NCBI GenBank assembly: GCA_046582655.1
Contig: JAYGDX010000401.1
Span: 1-11,729 of the forward strand
Direction of reading: 5' to 3'
DNA length: 11,729 nucleotides
Source of the DNA: Candidatus Poribacteria bacterium
GTDB lineage: Bacteria > Poribacteria > WGA-4E > UBA9662
Numbering within the stretch: position 1 is the stretch's first letter; the number at the start of each line of letters is the position of its first letter. Position numbers and translations under genes: made by a program. The notes under the pieces were generated by a model. The model searched no databases and had not been told where the DNA came from. It worked only from the letters and a program-made list of their open reading frames with translations. Shown one piece after another: positions 8,107 to 11,729 of the stretch.

Positions 8107-8140
8107 AGACCAGACATGTGCTACTATATCGATCTGGTCT
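8107..8140. repeat. Inverted repeat AGACCAGA-N18-TCTGGTCT downstream of the dipeptidase-like gene
   Basis: Perfect 8-bp arms at 8107-8114 and 8133-8140. The long loop and lack of a strong U-tract make a terminator role uncertain. Confidence 0.35.
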
Positions 8141-8267
8141 TATAGAATTATTTCGGTCTTAGGGATACCTTTTTCATCAAGCACTTCTCGCCATGTCGTA
8201 CCCGTTGGTTGTATGAAGTTAGACATCCGGAAATTGAAATGCATACTTAAATTCTTTTAAGGAAAAC

Positions 8268-9641
8268 ATGATAAACAAAAAATATCTTCTGAATAATCAG
8301 GAAATGAGTCAGTTCATAGTTAACGGGTACCTTGTACTAAAGCCAGACTATCCAGCAGAATTGCATCAAACCATTCACAAAAGAACCGAACATATCTTCG
8401 AAAGCGGTGATCCTGGAAACCACATTTGGGAACAGGTGCCAGAATTATATGAAATCTTTGATCATCCTGTTGTAAAGGGAACCTTGCAAAGTATCATTGG
8501 ACCCAATTACATCATGCAACCTCATCGGCATTGCCATCTAAATATACCTGACAGCAAAGGACAAGGCTGGCATCAAGATGGCACACCGCGAAAATTCCAA
8601 GGATGGAATCACCCCTGGAGACGTCACCACCGTTCTCGAATGGCGATGGCATTTTATTACCCACAAGATGTCTCAACGGAGATGGGGCCGACATCGATAT
8701 TACCTGGCACCCAGTACTATGACACACTGAATAATACCGAGTCCATGCCAGGTTTACCTATCTGTGGAAAAGCCGGAACAATTGCCATTGTTCACTATGA
8801 AATTTGGCATCGTGCATCAGCCAACCTCAGTCCTGATAAGCGATACATGATGAAGTTTCTGTTTCACCGCACGGAAGAACCGAGGGAACCAAGTTGGAAC
8901 CTAGATGTTGAGTCCACAGATCTTTGGAACCAGATTGGCTCAACTAGCGACATCGATATCACTCGACATCCAATATTATGGAAGTCTATCTGGAACTGGT
9001 ACTGTAATCAGAACAATAATTCGTCCGTATTACAACCAGATACTTTGGACACACACCGACTAGTTCAGGAATTAGATCAAAAGACGGAAGTCGCCGAAAG
9101 AATGGAAGCAACATACAAGTTAGGAACAATAGGTGAAGCAGCAATTACTCCGATTATGGAGCAATTAAGTAATGGTATCCCTGAACAGAACAGCCTCAAC
9201 CTGTCAGCAGCACTGAGTGCTATTGGAGGATCAGCTGTCCCAGTACTGAGCGATATGCTACGCCACAATTCTGATTGGTGGAAACGTGCCTGCGCTGCAG
9301 ATACACTCGGCGATATTGGGAAAGACGCCAAAGGCAGTGTACAGTCTTTAATTGAAGCTTTAGACGATGAATCAGATTGGGTTCGACGTAACGCGACCAA
9401 TTCATTGGGTATAATCAACGAGTCACTTGAAGACACAATCCCTGCCTTGATACATGCTATGGCAGATGCTCAACCATTCGTTCCCATCAATGCTATCTTT
9501 GCACTCACCAAGATCAGGAAGTCCCATCCAAACCATGATTCACTTTTTACAGATGTTGAACTAGCTCTGCACGATATGTTAAATCACCAACATGAACGGG
9601 TCAGTTACTATAGCAACGATGCCTTAGAACAGTTCAATTAA
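8268..9641 (+). CDS. PhyH-family dioxygenase fused to C-terminal HEAT/PBS-lyase repeats
   Basis: 457 aa. The N-domain has QFIVNGYLVL, GWHQD, MGPTSILPGTQ, AGTIAIVHYEIWHRA and KRYMMKF. The C-domain has HEAT-like repeats ERMEATYKLGTIG, WWKRACAADTLGDIG and DWVRRNATNSLG. RBS AAGGA. Confidence 0.9.
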   Translation: MINKKYLLNNQEMSQFIVNGYLVLKPDYPAELHQTIHKRTEHIFESGDPGNHIWEQVPELYEIFDHPVVKGTLQSIIGPNYIMQPHRHCHLNIPDSKGQGWHQDGTPRKFQGWNHPWRRHHRSRMAMAFYYPQDVSTEMGPTSILPGTQYYDTLNNTESMPGLPICGKAGTIAIVHYEIWHRASANLSPDKRYMMKFLFHRTEEPREPSWNLDVESTDLWNQIGSTSDIDITRHPILWKSIWNWYCNQNNNSSVLQPDTLDTHRLVQELDQKTEVAERMEATYKLGTIGEAAITPIMEQLSNGIPEQNSLNLSAALSAIGGSAVPVLSDMLRHNSDWWKRACAADTLGDIGKDAKGSVQSLIEALDDESDWVRRNATNSLGIINESLEDTIPALIHAMADAQPFVPINAIFALTKIRKSHPNHDSLFTDVELALHDMLNHQHERVSYYSNDALEQFN

Positions 9642-9679
9642 AGACCGAATCAATTCGCTCAGTAAAAATTCAGAGAGAC

Positions 9680-10603
9680 ATGAAGACAAAAATTCCCGAT
9701 GGCACAAAATTTCATTTCGGTCAACACACATTTCATTTCGGTCAGGAAGTAGTTGAGCTAATGGATTCAGCTACGATCAAGGATAATCCCGAAGCGCTAA
9801 GATCTCGTTTCCAAGAAGATGGATATTTGTTTATCCGCGGATTCCATAGTCCCCAAAAATCACAGATTGCCGCTCTCTTCACGCTTAATGCCATAGCTGA
9901 CAGAGGAGGAATAAAAGAAGGAATACCAATCAAGTCTGGGATTGTCGGCAGAAAAAACCAATCTTTCAGTTTCTTTCGCCAAACAGAGGTTGCCCATGCT
10001 AAAGAAATTCTGGATTTGGTTGATAGTGATGATACATTCTGCTTCTTCGAAAAATTTTTCCGCACCAAGAAGATCATAACTTTCGATAAACGGTGGCTAC
10101 GATGTATGGCTAATGGTGGTTCTAACCATTTCCACTACGACCAAGTGTATGTCGGACGAGGTACGCCTAACCGGTGTACGATGTGGAGTGCTCTAACAGA
10201 TATTAGCCTAGAAGATGGTTCGCTTGTTATTTGCCTTGGTTCCCACCGACATAAGAAATTGCGGGAAACATATGGCAAAATGGACATGGATCGGGATCTC
10301 ATCGATGCCGTCTTTACATCGGATCCAGTTGAATTGGTACACAAATTCGGTTTTAAACTGGCAACGGCTCACTTTCATCCAGGTGACGTAGTTATCTTCG
10401 GCATGTTTACGATGCACAGTACCGCGCCCAACCTGTCCGATCGATATCGAATCAGCATCGATACGCGATATCAACCAGCCAACGAGGAAAAGGATGATCG
10501 ATTCTTTTTTCGAGAAGACGGGAAATGGCTGGGTAACTTCTACAATAAAGGTGTCACTTACAAACCCATGGGTGAACTTCGCCACCAATGGGGTTTGACC
10601 TAA
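9680..10603 (+). CDS. Phytanoyl-CoA dioxygenase (PhyH) family Fe(II)/2OG oxygenase
   Basis: 307 aa with RFQEDGYLFIRG, FHYD, TMWSALTDISLEDGSLVICLGSH and PGDVVIFGMFTMHSTAPNLSDRYRISIDTRYQP. Confidence 0.9.
   Translation: MKTKIPDGTKFHFGQHTFHFGQEVVELMDSATIKDNPEALRSRFQEDGYLFIRGFHSPQKSQIAALFTLNAIADRGGIKEGIPIKSGIVGRKNQSFSFFRQTEVAHAKEILDLVDSDDTFCFFEKFFRTKKIITFDKRWLRCMANGGSNHFHYDQVYVGRGTPNRCTMWSALTDISLEDGSLVICLGSHRHKKLRETYGKMDMDRDLIDAVFTSDPVELVHKFGFKLATAHFHPGDVVIFGMFTMHSTAPNLSDRYRISIDTRYQPANEEKDDRFFFREDGKWLGNFYNKGVTYKPMGELRHQWGLT
9709..9744 (+). repeat. 15-bp exact direct repeat ATTTCATTTCGGTCA, period 21 (encodes FHFGQ twice)
   Basis: Copies at 9709-9723 and 9730-9744. Confidence 0.8.
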
Positions 10604-10657
10604 GGATTAACCAAGCCCAATTGGCAAGAACAACACTGTAGACTTGGAATAGACTTA

Positions 10658-10687
10658 TTGATCAAAAAGAGAAAAGTGTGTTATCTT
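10658..10687 (+). promoter_or_regulatory. Possible sigma70-type promoter for the SDR gene (TTGATC-N18-TATCTT with TG extension)
   Basis: Partial consensus match ~45 bp upstream of ATG 10732. Preceded by a TAGACTT direct repeat (10639 and 10650, period 11). Confidence 0.3.
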
Positions 10688-10731
10688 AGCACAGTTGCAT
10701 AATCACCAAAAAATCATAAGGAGAAGAATGC

Positions 10732-11472
10732 ATGCTTGAAGGAAAAACGGCATTAATTTCAGGTGGTGGGACAGGAATTGGTCGCGCGACAGGATTACGG
10801 TTAGCAGCTGAAGGGGCAAATATTGTCGTTAACTATTCACGTTCCGCTGATGAAGCCATCCAAACCCAAAAAGATATTGAGGCTCTAGGTAGAGGATGCA
10901 TGATTTACCAAGCAGACGTTTCCGTTGATGTTCAAGTACGGGAAATGGCAGATGCCGCTATCAAGGAGTTCAAGAGACTGGATATTTTAGTCAATAGTGC
11001 CGGCATCACGCATTTTATTCCCCAACCCAACCTAGATGATTTAAAGGATGAACACTGGGATAGCATCATGGGTGTGAATGTGAAGGGTGTATTTAATTGT
11101 TGCCGTGCTGTTGCCAGCGAGTTGAAAAAGCAAAAGGGCTGTATTGTTAATATTACATCTATTGGTGGAATTACTGGTCAGGGAAGCTCAATTGCCTATG
11201 CTGCTTCAAAGGCCGCGGCCATCAGTGTGACGAAGTCGTTAGCAAGGGTAATGGCTCCGGAAGTTAGGGTTAATGGTATTGCTCCAGGTGTTGTGAAAAC
11301 GAGATGGGTGGATGGCCACGAAGATTTTGTTGAACGCCTAGCTGGTGAAACGCCGTTAGGCCGCGTTGCTACTGCCGAAGATGTAGCTGAAGTCGCCTAT
11401 TCACTAATTGCAAACGCCGGTTTTGTTACCGGACAAAATATTATTGTCGATGGAGGTACCGTCATCGGTTAG
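10732..11472 (+). CDS. Classical short-chain dehydrogenase/reductase (FabG-like SDR)
   Basis: 246 aa with SGGGTGIG (Rossmann), LDILVNSAG, IVNITS, catalytic YAASK, VRVNGIAPG and VTGQNIIVDGG. RBS AAGGAG. Confidence 0.95.
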   Translation: MLEGKTALISGGGTGIGRATGLRLAAEGANIVVNYSRSADEAIQTQKDIEALGRGCMIYQADVSVDVQVREMADAAIKEFKRLDILVNSAGITHFIPQPNLDDLKDEHWDSIMGVNVKGVFNCCRAVASELKKQKGCIVNITSIGGITGQGSSIAYAASKAAAISVTKSLARVMAPEVRVNGIAPGVVKTRWVDGHEDFVERLAGETPLGRVATAEDVAEVAYSLIANAGFVTGQNIIVDGGTVIG

Positions 11473-11535
11473 TTTACTGTTTTTGAGACCGCGGGTAATC
11501 TGGTAGATAGCTCACATCAAGGGGAGGTTTTAAGT

Positions 11536-11729
11536 ATGCGCAGGATTGCAATGGCACAGATGCTGGTTGAGGGTGGATTAATTGATAACAATCTCCGCCA
11601 AGCGGTGAACACAATTGAAGCTGCGGCAACCAATAATTGTGATATTGTGGTTCTGCCGGAATGTCTGGATGTCGGTTGGACACACCCAAGTGCCAGAACA
11701 GAGGCTCAACCCATCCCTGGTCCAACTAG
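11536..11729 (+). CDS. Carbon-nitrogen hydrolase (nitrilase superfamily) protein, 5' part, truncated by window end
   Basis: Not in the ORF track. GGAGGT RBS at 11523-11528 and ATG at 11536. Translates MRRIAMAQMLVEGGLIDNNLRQAVNTIEAAATNNCDIVVLPECLDVGWTHPSARTEAQPIPGPT, with the IAxAQ start and DIVVLPE catalytic-Glu motif. Confidence 0.9.
   Translation, partial: MRRIAMAQMLVEGGLIDNNLRQAVNTIEAAATNNCDIVVLPECLDVGWTHPSARTEAQPIPGPT

Noticed and set aside
7079..10588. - strand ORFs opposite the dipeptidase-like and PhyH genes
   Set aside because: Antisense shadows with no independent evidence.
10732..11472. Assigning the symbol fabG to the SDR
   Set aside because: Generic classical SDR motifs and no fatty-acid synthesis context, so specificity cannot be inferred.
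11474..11725. 83-aa - strand ORF
   Set aside because: Lies antisense to the nitrilase-family gene, which has a strong RBS and family motif.
1..11729. CRISPR array, tRNA/rRNA, IS/transposase, integrase, reverse transcriptase
   Set aside because: No regularly spaced repeats, RNA-gene signatures or corresponding protein motifs were seen by eye. A covariance-model search (Infernal/Rfam) of the intergenic regions was not possible.

Overview
Bacterial window with two divergent blocks. The gene content (three PhyH-type dioxygenases, an FGE-sulfatase-family protein, an Asp-box/BNR protein and a C-terminal FlgD-Ig/secretion-tail-like domain) suggests Candidatus Poribacteria or a similar lineage, which is an inference. 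The left block (- strand) holds an FGE/SUMF1-family gene running off the left edge with a frameshift just before its GFRC motif. It also holds an orphan C-terminal FlgD-Ig-like domain, a ~938-aa secreted protein split into five ORFs by four frameshifts, an intact PhyH dioxygenase, and a BNR/sialidase-like gene interrupted by one in-frame TGA. The right block (+ strand) is intact: an M19 dipeptidase-like amidohydrolase with non-canonical metal ligands, a PhyH-HEAT fusion, a further PhyH, an SDR and the 5' end of a nitrilase-family gene. A shared ~20-bp motif with a palindromic core lies upstream of two of the - strand genes. I found no CRISPR array, RNA gene or mobile element, and no clearly new system is demonstrated.
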